Shown here: piece after piece, positions 10,701-23,232 of the stretch
How the letters are laid out: every line of letters begins with the position of its first letter
Position numbering within the stretch: the first letter of the stretch is position 1
Translations under genes and position numbers: made by a program
NCBI GenBank assembly: GCA_002269645.1
Contig: NIVC01000268.1
Coordinates: 531,647 to 595,646, forward strand
Length of the DNA stretch: 64,000 nucleotides
Reading direction: 5' to 3'
Source: Macrostomum lignano
Taxonomy: Eukaryota
Notes under the pieces: generated by a model
Database searches by the model: none
The model's input: the letters and a program-made list of their open reading frames with translations, nothing else
Told to the model about the DNA's origin: nothing

Positions 10701-13700
10701 CATGTAGCTGTTTCAGCACCTGAGCATCGCCCAAATCCCGCACAGATACGACGGCACCTACGTACCACCTGGCTGGGACCGCTGGCTCGGCCAGGTGAAA
10801 AACACCAAATTCTACAACTACTCGGTCAACGAAGACGGCCAATTGAGTTGGCACGGCGCCAACTATTCGCGAGACTACTTCACCGACATCGTCACTAATC
10901 GATCGCTGGACATCCTACGCGAATGGACGTCCGGCGGTGACGAAACCGGAGATCAACAAGCTCCGTTCCTCCTGGTGATGAGCTACCCAGCGCCTCACGG
11001 GCCAGAGGATGCGGCACCGCAGCATCAGTCTTTGTTCGCAAACGATCACCGGCACAAGACCGCCAGTTACAACCGAGCTCCCAGCCCGGACAAAGAGTGG
11101 CTGCTGAGACGAGCGCAACCTCTGACACCGTTGCACCAACGTTTCACAGACACGCTTCAGCGAAAGCGTCTGCAAACTCTGCAGAGCGTCGACGAAGGCC
11201 TCCGACGCCTGTCGGATTGGCTCGACTCAGAAATTCCGTCGGAAATTTCTAACAACACGTTCGTGTTTTACACCTCGGATCACGGCTACCACCTGGGCCA
11301 GTTCGGCCTGCTCAAGGGTAAATCGACTCCGTACGAATTCGACATTCGAGTGCCGTTGATAGTGCGAGGACCGGGCGTGCCCGCCGGGGCGGTTCTCCGA
11401 CAGCCGGTGTTGAACATCGACTTGGCGCCGACTCTGCTCGATCTGGCCGGAGTGGCGCCCGCCAGACCGATGGACGGCGCCTCTTATGCGGCTCTGCTGT
11501 TGCAGTCGAAGAACAGTAGCGGCAGCAGCAACAGTTCAACGCCTTGGAGGCGGAGCTTCCTAGTGGAGCGCGGACGCATGACGTTTCGAAAGCTGAACCT
11601 CAGGAGGGAGCTCGAGGCAGTTAGGAATTTTGGGAAAGGTTTGTTCGGGTGGGATGGTTTTGGCTGTGGTGAGCTCGATTATTGTCCGTCCAAATCATGG
11701 TCGCCTAAAATACCACGGAGATCCCGATGATACGCATGAGTCCAGGTGATCCTAGATCATGGACCCGCAAACTCTCGGGTTCTTTGAAACTTCACAATAG
11801 CAATTTGGCCCGGTCAAGGTTTGTGTCTCTTCTCAGCTCTCTTGTCTCTTACCTCCTTCCTATACTCTTTTTCTCTCCTCTCTACTCTTCTATCCATTCT
11901 CTCGTCTCGTCTCTTCTCTTCTCCTTTATTCCCTCACATCTCCTTTCTCTAATCTCTCTTCTCTCTTCTCTATTCCCTCTCCTCTCTCCCCCTCCTCTGG
12001 CCTGCAGTCATGCGCTAGGTTCTTGACTTAGCTGCAGGGGGCTCCGTGCGTCCGGAAACAGCGAGGAGGCGTTGCCGCCCATTTCGCTAACCCCAGGCAA
12101 CCACGGGCAGCTGGTGCTGCGGTGTCGCGCATAGAGTCCCGTTGGTGCCGGTGTCCGCAGCGCGGTCCCCCTCCGGAGAGTCCAGGAGGTGGATGGTCGC
12201 TCGCCCGGTAGCCCTTAGGTAGCGGACGAGCTGGCAGAGATTCTTGGGCCTGAAAACGTCGGAGAGGTCCGGGTTTGGGCCGAGGTGGGCGAGCCTGTCC
12301 TGAGTAAAGGCGGGGCATTCACAGATGAAGTGCTCCGCATTCTCGACACCGGAGAGGCAGAATGGGCATTCCTCACTGCGGATTTTTCCCTGGAGGTGAC
12401 GATGCCTGGCAAAACAGCCATGACCCGACCCCTGCCCTAGATTGTCTAGGTAGGTGACCGCATATCATCCTGGGACCTCCATGATGCAGGAGACTCCAGA
12501 CGATCGTCAGATGATTTAGGTAACCTAGATAACACCCAAAGATCGCTTTGACCTTAGTTGACCTCAACGGCCTCAAATAACGCCTCAAAATATGAGCTAG
12601 CTTTGATACATGCAATTTACATTTGCTTAGCAATCTTCATGCTCCCATCCATATAAACCGAACACAGACGAGCGTCTCTGCAGTCAGCGCCACATTCGCG
12701 CCGCCCTGTCCTGCAGCCGTGGCGACAAATTCCATTGTGTCCCCAGCAACCGACTGGCAGGAAGGTACGAACGAGTGAAGTGCCCCGGCAAGGCGGCGTG
12801 TCGCTGCAGGCGGTCGGTGGTGCTGCCGATATCCCAGTACGTGTGGAAGCACTGCTGGCGGTTGCAGGGCCGAACTCGCAGACGGTTTCGTTCTACTCGA
12901 AGCATCGTCGACCCAGAAGAAGACGAATATGACGCAGAAGACGTAGCATTCACTCGGGACGATGATGTAAGTAAGGTTGATTCAGACCACTCGCTCTTTT
13001 AAGGAGGCCGGGGTGTTTAATCAACGGTGAGGATGATGGGGTCGGTTAGGTTGCTTGGACAGACCAGGCCTTGATCCAGTCCCATACTCAAGCAACAGAT
13101 TCTTTTTAGAATCCTCAGTTAATGAATCTGTAAATGAATGTTACCCTATTGAAAAGACTATCTTTCCCAGCTAATGTCGACGTTGACTTCTCGGTTTAAC
13201 TAGAGAATGCTGAGCAGTTGAGGAATACAGAACCCGAGCGTCATCTTTCAACGTGGCTTAAATTAAAACACTGATGTTTCTATTATAAGTAGTTACATGT
13301 AACTTTGGTAAAAAAATCGAAAAAACAAACAATTTCTCCAGTCGTCCTACTACAATGGCAACGACATCGACAGTGACTACGATGAGGGCAATGACTATGA
13401 CGACATCGAGTGCGAGTACAGCAGCCTGAGCGACTTGCTTCGCGATCGTCGAATGATGCGGCTGACCCAGCGCAGGCTGGACGCTGTGCAGGCCAGGCTA
13501 AACCAAATTCGAAAGGCCATGCGACGGAATAAAGACACACTGATGAGGCTTCTAGGAGGCTGCGCCTGCTCCAGAGACCGGTTCAGCGTCAGGGTCGACG
13601 AACTTCCTCCGGGGCGTCAACGACTTTCCGACCTTCTACTGTCGACCAGTTTGCGGAAGCGTCGACTGAGGCGTCGGAAACGGAAGGGCGGCGAGTGCAA

Positions 13701-14019
13701 CCTGCGGTTTATGAGCTGCTTCTTTCACGACAAGTCGCACTGGAAGACGCCGCCCTATTGGAACGACTCGTCGATTTGTTTCTGCGGCAACGCTAATAAT
13801 TTCACTTACTGGTGCCTGCGAACTGTGGATTCAACTGAAGAGTCTCTCTACTGCGAGTTCATCACCGGGTTTATTTCTTATTACAATATGACCGCTGATC
13901 CTCATCAGCTGGTCAACCTGGCGGCGGAGTTGCCGTTCCAGAGGCGAGTCGAACTGCAGGCCAAACTCAATCGGCTGAAGAGCTGCAGCGGCGCGACCTG
14001 CAGCGCTGCCGGGGCTTGA
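7764..14019 (+). CDS. Sulf1: Extracellular heparan-sulfate 6-O-endosulfatase (Sulf family), 5 exons, about 759 aa
   Basis: Exons 7764-7908, 9551-9815, 10746-11638, 12668-12966, 13342-14019 with GT-AG and consistent phases (2280 nt). Signal peptide [15 protein letters not shown]; [13 protein letters not shown]; formylglycine motif [11 protein letters not shown]; [13 protein letters not shown]; basic hydrophilic domain ([11 protein letters not shown]); Sulf C-terminus TYWCLRT...YCEFITGF...DPHQL. The exon 3 donor (11638) is the least certain boundary. Confidence 0.93.
7965..9375. repeat. Complex GAGAATCTC-core minisatellite filling Sulf intron 1
   Basis: Variable ~25-35 bp units such as CCCCTGAGAATCTCTCCCCCGATAATCTCACCTA. 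Confidence 0.9.
10348..10638. repeat. 15-bp minisatellite (GAGAATCTCAACCCT) x ~19 in Sulf intron 2
   Basis: Perfect tandem copies sharing the GAGAATCTC core with the intron 1 array. Confidence 0.95.
11825..11998. repeat. CT-rich low-complexity tract
   Basis: Pyrimidine-rich CTCTT runs, possibly the purine-rich tail of the adjacent antisense LINE fragment. Confidence 0.7.
12000..12430 (-). mobile_element. 5'-truncated 3' fragment of a non-LTR retrotransposon (I/R1-like C-terminal CCHC zinc knuckle), antisense in Sulf intron 3
   Basis: An unlisted frame (about 12430 to the stop at 12087) reads [49 protein letters not shown]...[10 protein letters not shown]. This matches the GH...C-x2-C-x8-H-x4-CP...R...L..TG pattern of LINE ORF2 C-termini. 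Confidence 0.75.
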
Positions 14020-14544
14020 TGCTTTCTTAGAAACGCTTGATCTTATTATCGATCGCGTGATTGCGATTAATTATAACAAAATTCATTTCTTAGGTCAGAA
14101 AACAAAGTTTTATATTATTGGATCTAAACCTGCGTGATTCTAAATGACATTCATCATTATGTTAAAAATTACAGTTTCAATTGTAATTTATAGTGCCTAT
14201 ATGGAAGACGCAATATTTCAAGTTGCACTCATGCAGTTCAAAACCGCACTCATTTAACAGCCTATTCCATATCGCGACCCATTCAATATTTAATTGAATA
14301 AAAAAATCTGTGTTCATCGAATTTCGAATTTCACAGATGTGTCATCACGTTGAAAATAACCTGAAAAACCATACCTGCTTCCATACCTGGTTCTATGTAG
14401 AGAAAAATATATATTTAATTACAAATATGTTTTACTATTACTTTCAGTAGCATAATTCGAACGATATTCTTTTTTCAAGTAGAACAAAACAACACATGAT
14501 TGCATGTGAATGCGACTTTCAATTGTTTATTCATAATTTTAGCT

Positions 14545-15005
14545 CTGTGACACCTTGCCGCCCTGTGACACCTTGGCTCCCTGTGACACCTTGGCGCCCT
14601 GTGACACCCTGGCGCCCTGTGACACCTTGGCGCCCTGGGACACCTTGCCGCCCTGTGACACCTTGGCGCCCTGTGACACCTTGCCGCCCTGTGACACCTT
14701 GGCGCCCTGTGACACCTTGGCGCTCTGTGACACCTTGGCGCTCTGTGACACCTTGCCGCCAAGTGACACCTTGGCGCCCTGTGACACCTTGGCGCCCTGT
14801 GACACCTTGGCGCCCTGTGACACCTTGGCGCCCTGTGACACCTTGCCGCCCTGTGACACCTTGGCGCCCTGTGACACCTTGGCGCCCTGTGACACCTTGG
14901 TGCTCTGTGACACCTTGGCGCTCTGTGACACCTTGGCGCCCTGTGACACCTTGGTGCTCTGTGACTCCTTGGCGCTCTGTGACACCTTGGTGCCCTCTGA
15001 TACCT
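14545..15005. repeat. 18-bp minisatellite (CTGTGACACCTTGGCGCC) x ~25
   Basis: Direct tandem copies. Explains the overlapping ORFs at 14475-15059. Confidence 0.95.
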
Positions 15006-15844
15006 ACGAGTATTTTAGCACCATCTGACTCATATTTTAGCGCCGTTAGACACTATTAGCGCCACCTGATACCGGTTTTAGTGTCCTATACTATAACACC
15101 TTGATTCCCTCTGACACCTCTCTCCGGAACCTTTCTTGGCGCTATGGTTTTTGTTCTGATATTGGTTTGACTTGCTCTATGATCCTTCTACGAAACAACA
15201 TGATAGAATAGCAACCTATTTACAAGACTTTACTGATGTGCAACCAAGTAAACAGCAGATGCTTGGGGTAGTGCTACAGTCTGGTCTCTGGATCAAGAGT
15301 GACTGACTATGCTTTAATTACAAATTAAATGCCTTTGCAGAGTTTCTGTCCTTGGATACACGCGCCTGAAGTTCGGTGAAAGCGCATCCATCAATTTAAA
15401 TAGAATTGTTGGGAGAATCCACTTCAAGTCTTTTGATCGAATGAGAGCTTTTTAGGGGTGTGTATAATATATAAAGGAGGAATGAAAGTTGAAAGAGCTT
15501 CATATAGAAAAAGATTGACTCACTACTTTAACTCATTTCTCTCACTAAACTATACTCAACAGGCACTTGGGCGCGTGTGATATGCGATTTGAATAGAAAT
15601 AGAATAGAATAAGCGCATGATGGTTAAGTGAGTCTATGGGGATGAATGCTGGTCCTTCTTATAATATAGGCCCGGAGTCACTGTTGGTTGTTTGTCAAGT
15701 GTCCACTAGTAGAGCCAGCTGGTGTGGGAAGCGGCTACCCTCAACCCCGACTTTTCCCAAGACTGCTAATGTATATAGAGTCAGTGTCTGGATTGGAAAC
15801 ACGGACAGCGAGACAAATATTCTCAAAAATCCTCCCTTCTGCAC

Positions 15845-16022
15845 AAGGCTCACGGGGGACATTGCTGAGATGTCAAGGCTCACAGGGGACATTGCTGAGA
15901 TGTCAAGGCTCACAGGGGACATTGCTGAGATGTCAAGGCTCACAGGGGACATTGCTGAGATGTCAAGGCTCACAGGGGACATTGCTGAGATGTCAAGGCT
16001 CACGGGGGACATTGCTGAAATG
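15845..16022. repeat. 30-bp minisatellite (AAGGCTCACAGGGGACATTGCTGAGATGTC) x ~6
   Basis: Direct tandem copies. Confidence 0.9.
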
Positions 16023-16988
16023 CCGTGGCTCATTCAAGAGGTTGCTCAGATGCTTTGAGTTGTAGGCATGATTTTTAGAAGTTACCCACTGACTGGCTTG
16101 GCATAGTAGACTTCTAAATATTTGCTATCCTCATCTTGTTTCCATTCCGAATCGCTGATACTGTAGTAGTCCATGAATGCTCCACCGGTAGCTACCCAGC
16201 CAAGCCGTCACTTCGATTAGCAAATCAATTTATTCTAGCCTACACGTGCCAACACAAATGCCAATTGAATTTCAGTGCTGTATTTTATATATATTAATGC
16301 CTTATTTTCGTATATGGCAACAATAACCAAGTGGATCTCCGTGAGAGAAAGTGGCTGAAATCTTATTGAAACGCATATATTAACTCTGTATGTATATGCG
16401 ATCAGATAGGAGGATGTCCACGCCACCTGGTTCTGAAGCTGCCTTACATAGAGAATTATAACAAAATATGATAATAAGCGACAGCCGCGTATGTGTAGAG
16501 AAGGATTGAAGCGATTGAGGTGTGAATGATGTAGCATTGGAGAGTCTGGCATGGGTGACCCTTGACTGACTATAGCCTGGCTTGTGGGTATCATCTGTCA
16601 CCCCTAGCAGCGGGTGGTCTGGGCCCCTTGTGACTTGGGATTCGTTTTCAATTAACCTGAGCTTTTTTTGCTATTCTCATCTTTTTATCCTCTGATTTTT
16701 ATCCAATCTGAATTTATTGATTTAATTGGTATTGAATTTGGGTAATCTGCCGCTGTGCTATAGTGCGCCGTATTGGAAAAAAGTGTCAAACTTGTTAGCG
16801 ATACTTGAGAACGCCACTCAGCTCTATCCGACAACCGGTTGTGGGTAGCTTTTTCTGCTCGTCTCCATGGGTCAGCCAGATGATTCCAAATCGACTGCTT
16901 TGTGAAGATTTCGTAATACATGTAAGCGGCTTTTTCTAAGTTAATAACAATTTAAGGTCTCTGAAAGTTAAACTTTCACTTTAAAATA

Positions 16989-17653
<665 letters not shown>

Positions 17654-17875
17654 CAAGCCAAATCCAAGAATACGAGACGACAGGACTACAGACGGAAGAG
17701 TTTATGAGCCAGTCTGCAAGTTATCATGTTTCAGTGTCTAATAAGGCTTGCTTAGTCCAGAAATCAGTTTGAAAACTGAACTTTTTCTGGTTGTAAATTT
17801 ACGTCTATATTTGCAAGCTGAATGTCAGGACAGTAAAAGACACCAAAAAATCTTCTCTCCTTTACTTTGACTTAC

Positions 17876-18039
17876 CAGTACAACAATACACAAATACACA
17901 CTATCGCACTGTCATAAGCAGAGTTGTGTCTCCAACTCTCTCCCAGCCTCTTTGCTGCCAGACGAAATTCGATCTTCAATTTCTCGTCGGATGTTTCATC
18001 TTTCGCACGTCTCGATTTTAAGTAGAAATTTTCCGCCAT
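17876..18039 (-). CDS. Candidate first coding exon of an unidentified gene (MAENFYLKSRR...AIVCICVLLY, possible TM segment)
   Basis: AAAAATGGCG start context at 18039, 54 open codons and a strong donor TG|GTAAGT. A phase-compatible exon could start at 16442. No recognised homology. Confidence 0.35.
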
Positions 18040-18747
18040 TTTTGCTTCTATTTACGTTCATATACTGCCCAAGAAACAGCTTAACAAGCTCCTATTGAGC
18101 GTAATCAGATTTCCTTAGACCCCACCGACTATTTATGACTGAGAAAAGGGTGCGCGAGAAAGTGGACCAATTATTGCCATTTTCGGAACTCTGGTTGACT
18201 CACTGACCCCGTGAACATTTACTTATTTTGAAAAGAAATAGATAATAGATAATTCATTCTGAGATAAGAAAGTTAGCGAAAATCAACGTCGTAAAAATCA
18301 ACTTGAATTGGTTTTTCTAAGAAAACGTATCGTCCTGTCGGCTAAGAACTGTAATTAGCGGTTTCACAGACACTTAATTGGATAATTGGTTAATAGCAAC
18401 TGAAATGGTTATATTAAACCACTGGAACACCGTACTCAAACTTACAAAATTGTTTATTTTAATCGAAATCAATATTATTATTAAACCAGCTTTTTATACT
18501 CGTAGGTCTGTTTCTAGCTCAAGTTTACCGTGATCCTAGGATCCTTGGCTAACAGTTTCTAGCAATTTTATCGGGGTGTTTTTCGGCAGGCCCCGTTTCT
18601 TGGACAAGAATAACCTGTTGGATGACAGCCAACTAGCCAACTAATTAGCCACTCTGTAATTAATAATTATATTGTACAACTGCAATGCTGCTATTTATTC
18701 TCACATGTCTGAGCAGACGATGTCCTCAGATGAGCAAGAAAACAGTA

Positions 18748-20056
18748 GCGCTAGACTTATTGAACAATGGCGCTAGATCTATTTAACAATGACACTAGAT
18801 CTATTGAACAATGGCGCTAGATCTATTTAACAATGACACTAGATCTATTGAACAATGGCGCTAGATTTATTTAACAATGGCGCTAGATTTATTTAACAAT
18901 GGCGCTAGATCTATTTAACAATGGCGCTAGATCTATTTAACAATGGCGCTAGATCTATTTAACAATGGCGCTAGATCTATTTAACAATGGCGCTAGATCT
19001 ATTTAACAATGGCGCTAGATCTATTAAACAATGGCGCTAGATCTATTTAACAATGGCGCTAGATCTATTTAACAATGGCGCTAGATCTATTAAACAACGG
19101 TGCTAGATCTATTTAACAATGGCGCTAGATCTATTTAACAATGGCACTATATCTATTTAGCAATGGCGCTAGATCTATTTAACAATGGCGCTAGATCTAT
19201 TTAACAATGGCGCTAGATTTATTTATCAATGGCGCTAGATCTATTTAACAATGGCGCTAGATCTATTTAACAATGGCGCTAGATCTATTTAACAATGGCG
19301 CTAGATCTATTTAACAATGGCGCTAGATCTATTGAACAATGGCGCTAGATTTATTTAACAATGGCGCTAGATTTATTTAACAATGGCGCTAGATCTATTT
19401 AACAATGGCGCTAGATCTATTTAACAATGGCGCTAGATCTATTTAACAATGGCGCTAGATCTATTTAACAATGGCGCTAGATCTATTTAACAATGGCGCT
19501 AGATCTATTAAACAATGGCGCTAGATCTATTTAACAATGGCGCTAGATCTATTTAACAATGGCGCTAGATCTATTAAACAACGGTGCTAGATCTATTTAA
19601 CAATGGCGCTAGATCTATTTAACAATGGCACTATATCTATTTAGCAATGGCGCTAGATCTATTTAACAATGGCGCTAGATCTATTTAACAATGGCGCTAG
19701 ATTTATTTATCAATGGCGCTAGATCTATTTAACAATGGCGCTAGATCTATTTAACAATGGCGCTAGATCTATTTAACAATGGCGCTAGATCTATTTAACA
19801 ATGGCGCTAGATCTATTAAACAACGGTGCTAGATCTATTTAACAATGGCGCTAGATCTATTTAACAATGGCACTATATCTATTTAGCAATGGCGCTAGAT
19901 CTATTTAACAATGGCGCTAGATCTATTTAACAATGGCGCTAGATCTATTTAACAATGGCGCTAGATCTATTAAACAACGGTGCTAGATCTATTTAACAAT
20001 GGCGCTAGATCTATTTAACAATGGCACTATATCTATTTAGCAATGGCGCTAGATCC
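18748..20056. repeat. 22-bp minisatellite (GGCGCTAGATCTATTTAACAAT) x ~59
   Basis: Tandem copies with recurring variant blocks, indicating higher-order duplication. Confidence 0.97.
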
Positions 20057-20482
20057 ATTTTATTTTAGTATAATTTTAAATATAATTTTAGATACATAAT
20101 CAATTTGATAATGTTATGCTGCACCACAGGCTGTCACTATGGGATATTCGATACGGAATTTCTCACGGTTAATGCAAAACGCAATCCTTCACTAATGGTT
20201 GTAGGAACCGAAGTGCCCCCTGCTGGCAATTTCAAACTGATCTTTATCAACTAAACAAAAAATTCGCTACGCTACAAACAAACGAATAACAGACAGGAAC
20301 GGATGCACTGAAAAATAGTGAAACAGATTTTGTTCGCGCCTCACATCTTCTGATCAACAGTTCCGGTGGGGAATCGGAAATAATTAAGAGCAAAAATTCG
20401 GCGGTGAGGGGGGTGGGACAGACATTCAAGCTCGGGTTGCTTGCCCCGGTTGTCAAGCTATGGATGGCTCAAGTCCTCCCTC

Positions 20483-21984
20483 TTAGAGACACACGTGACG
20501 CTTGGAGACTGGGTTGTTCTTGAGCACGTGCTGAATCGGCCTCTCGAGTCCAATGACCAACGCTGAGACTGAATTTTGACGCAAAAGTCGCGGCATTAAC
20601 TTTGGAAATCAAACGAGTGTAAAAGAAATAAAAGAATTGAAACTCCCCGCTGACCACGGTTGAGCACGGAGCGCTCTGGTCTAGTGGAAAATCTCGCTTT
20701 TGACTCGGGGGTTTCCATCTCGAGTCGTTGGATTTCTTGCAGACATTGTGTGACTGAGGCTGTCTGCCTTCAGCCCATCGGTAGCCATGGAGCCTCGAGT
20801 GCATAAATCTCTTTCTTAGGAAAAAATCGACTCAATTGTTTTATTTGTTTGGCGCACGCGTCAGTCTCACCCGTTGCTGTCGGCCGGTGAAAGTCCATAT
20901 TGGCCATTGTTGACATCAATACATGGAATCCCCTCGAGGCAAAAACCATTTTGTCCTTCACACATCTTTAGACTGTCAGAATGAGATTTATGAAAACTAA
21001 AACAACCGGTGGGTCTCCTCTCTATAACGAAGCTTGAACTTGGCACCTGTCGCACTGTTCAACCAAACTTCCTGTAAAGACCATCCAGGCTGGCAGGATT
21101 AGAGGACTGCCTCTAATTCTGAATTGGTGAGAAAGCCCTTCTCAAATGAACTGGCGCCCTTCTCAAATGAACTGGTGCCCGTCTTAATTGAAATGGCGCC
21201 AGACTCAAATGAAATGGCGTCCGTCTTAAATGAACTAGCGCCCCTCTCAAATGAAATGGCGCCCTCTCAAATGAAATGGCGCCCCTCTCAAATGAAATGG
21301 CGCCCCTCTCAAATGAAATGGCGCCCTTCTCAAATGAAATGGCGCCAGACTCAAATGAGGCCCTCCAAGTTTAAAACCTTGGCAATGTCCTGATAAGCAG
21401 ATGTGCCTTGAAAAAACTTCAAATATCCTTGTCATCCTTTTGCAAGCGTCCACCTCAGAAAAGAATCCCTTGACTACCTGTTAGTTAGCGTTGTTGCGTG
21501 TCACTTTAATTCAACATTATTTCAAGATATCGTATTTCGATTTTCTTGTCCACCAACTAAGATTTTTCTGAGATTTCTGAGAAGGATTGAGGAATGCGGG
21601 ATTCAACTTTTTTTACCTGACCATATGGTCAGGGGATATCGTTACAGTTGAGATGCTAATGAAGGATAAGTGAAAGTGTTTAGAAAATTGGATAGGGGTA
21701 GGTCTGTGAAATCGTTTCGAAAAAAAATATATGTCCAGCATCGTGCATACAGGAGTTTTTCTGGCCAATATGTGCCTGTGTATCTATCGATCAATCAATC
21801 CTGATACAGATTGCAGAACATGGAGTGGATGCGTGTGTGCTCACCTGAATTTTATATGGCATTGATATGCCCTCCCTAATGGGGAATCTGTTGGCTGAGA
21901 TAGGAATATTTCAGGGTCCCATCGCCTCGCTCTTGGAGTTTGTGTTTGTAATGTACACAATGGCCTCTGAGCGTTTGACCGCAT
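20483..21984 (-). CDS. Candidate 4-exon orphan gene, 172 aa, unknown function
   Basis: Exons 21984-21845, 20972-20871, 20814-20655, 20599-20483. All introns are GT-AG with matching phases (2, 2, 0); the total is 519 nt from AAAATG to TAA. Two introns are about 55 bp. No recognised domain. Confidence 0.45.
21138..21360. repeat. 20-21 bp minisatellite (CTCAAATGAAATGGCGCCC)
   Basis: About 10 copies; same family as 26085-26480. Confidence 0.9.
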
Positions 21985-22061
21985 TTTAAACAGATCGGAA
22001 TATTCTATTCAATATTGGGCAATAATATATCCTCATGGAGGTCTGGGCGCGTTTTATCTGC

Positions 22062-22415
22062 CCAAAACTTTACAATCCACAAACTTCACAATCCACAAAC
22101 TTCACAATCCACAAACTTCCCAATCCACAAACTTCACAATCCACAAACTTCCCAATCCACAAATTTCACAATCCACAAACTCCCCAATCCACAAATTTCA
22201 CAATGCACAAACTTCACAATCCATAAACTTCACAGTTCCAAAACTTCACAATCCGCAAACTCCCCAATCCACAAACTTCACAATCCACAAACTTCACAAT
22301 CCACAAACTTCACAATCCGCAAACTCCCCAATCCACAAACTTCACAATCCGCAAATTTCACAATCAACAAACTTCAAAATTCACAAACTTCACAATCCAC
22401 AAACTTTCCTATCCT
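22062..22415. repeat. 16-bp minisatellite (CACAAACTTCACAATC)
   Basis: About 22 degenerate copies. Confidence 0.9.
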
Positions 22416-22835
22416 CAAAATTCTGAATCCTCCTAACTAATCTACTTCAATATACGAGCGTATGAAGCCAGGTGACTTAAAAAGCCATAATTTGGGGTCC
22501 TTGTTAAAGTCATGTGTGGCTATCAGAATATTTAAGACTTGAACAAAGAATGGATCAAAGCTGCTTCATGTATTCAATCTGATCTGAGCAATTTGATAGA
22601 GGTCTTTCTGTGAGCAGAGTTTTCATTGCGTGTCCAAAAGTCACTAAAAATCTTGGCAGAAATTTTGTCAAGTCAAAATAAGTTTATCTCCCAATGCTCA
22701 CGAATATTTAGAGTTCCACATCTGTTACGCCTTTTTTCAAAATATCGAATCAGTCAGGATACTAGATTTTTCTGGTCTGTGTTTCTGTTATCTCTCTGCA
22801 ACTGTACGCGAGTATCTCTAACTACGAGTATGTCT

Positions 22836-23232
22836 CTTCTTCTCTCCTCTCCTCTCCTCTCCTCTCCTCTCCTCTCCTCTCCTCTCCTCTCCTCTCCTCT
22901 CCTCTCCTCTCCTCTCCTCTCCTCTCCTCTCCTCTCCTCTCTCTCTCCTCTCCTCTCCTCTCCTCTCCTCTCCTCTCCTCTCCTCTCCTCTCCTCTCCTC
23001 TCCTCTCCTCTCTCTTCTCCCCTCCTCTCCTCTCCTCTCCTCTCCTCTCCTCTCCTCTCTCTCTCTCCTCTCTCTCTCCTCTCCTCTCCTCTCCTCTCCT
23101 CTCCTCTCCTCTTCTCTCCTCTCCTCTCCTCTCCTCTCCCCTCCTCTCCTCTCCTCTCCTCTCCTCTTCTCTCCTCTCCTCTCCTCTCCTCTCTTCTTCT
23201 TTCCCCTCCTCTCCTCTCCTCTCCCCTCTTGT
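22836..23232. repeat. (CTCCT)n microsatellite
   Basis: Pentanucleotide repeat. Explains the RRGEE and SSPLL ORFs. Confidence 0.95.

Noticed and set aside
14475-15059. Repetitive ORFs resembling antifreeze or mucin proteins (also 10323-10648, 22015-23300, 35916-36400, 49150-50134, 60895-61379, 62911-63997)
   Set aside because: All coincide exactly with tandem repeats and are open in several frames at once.
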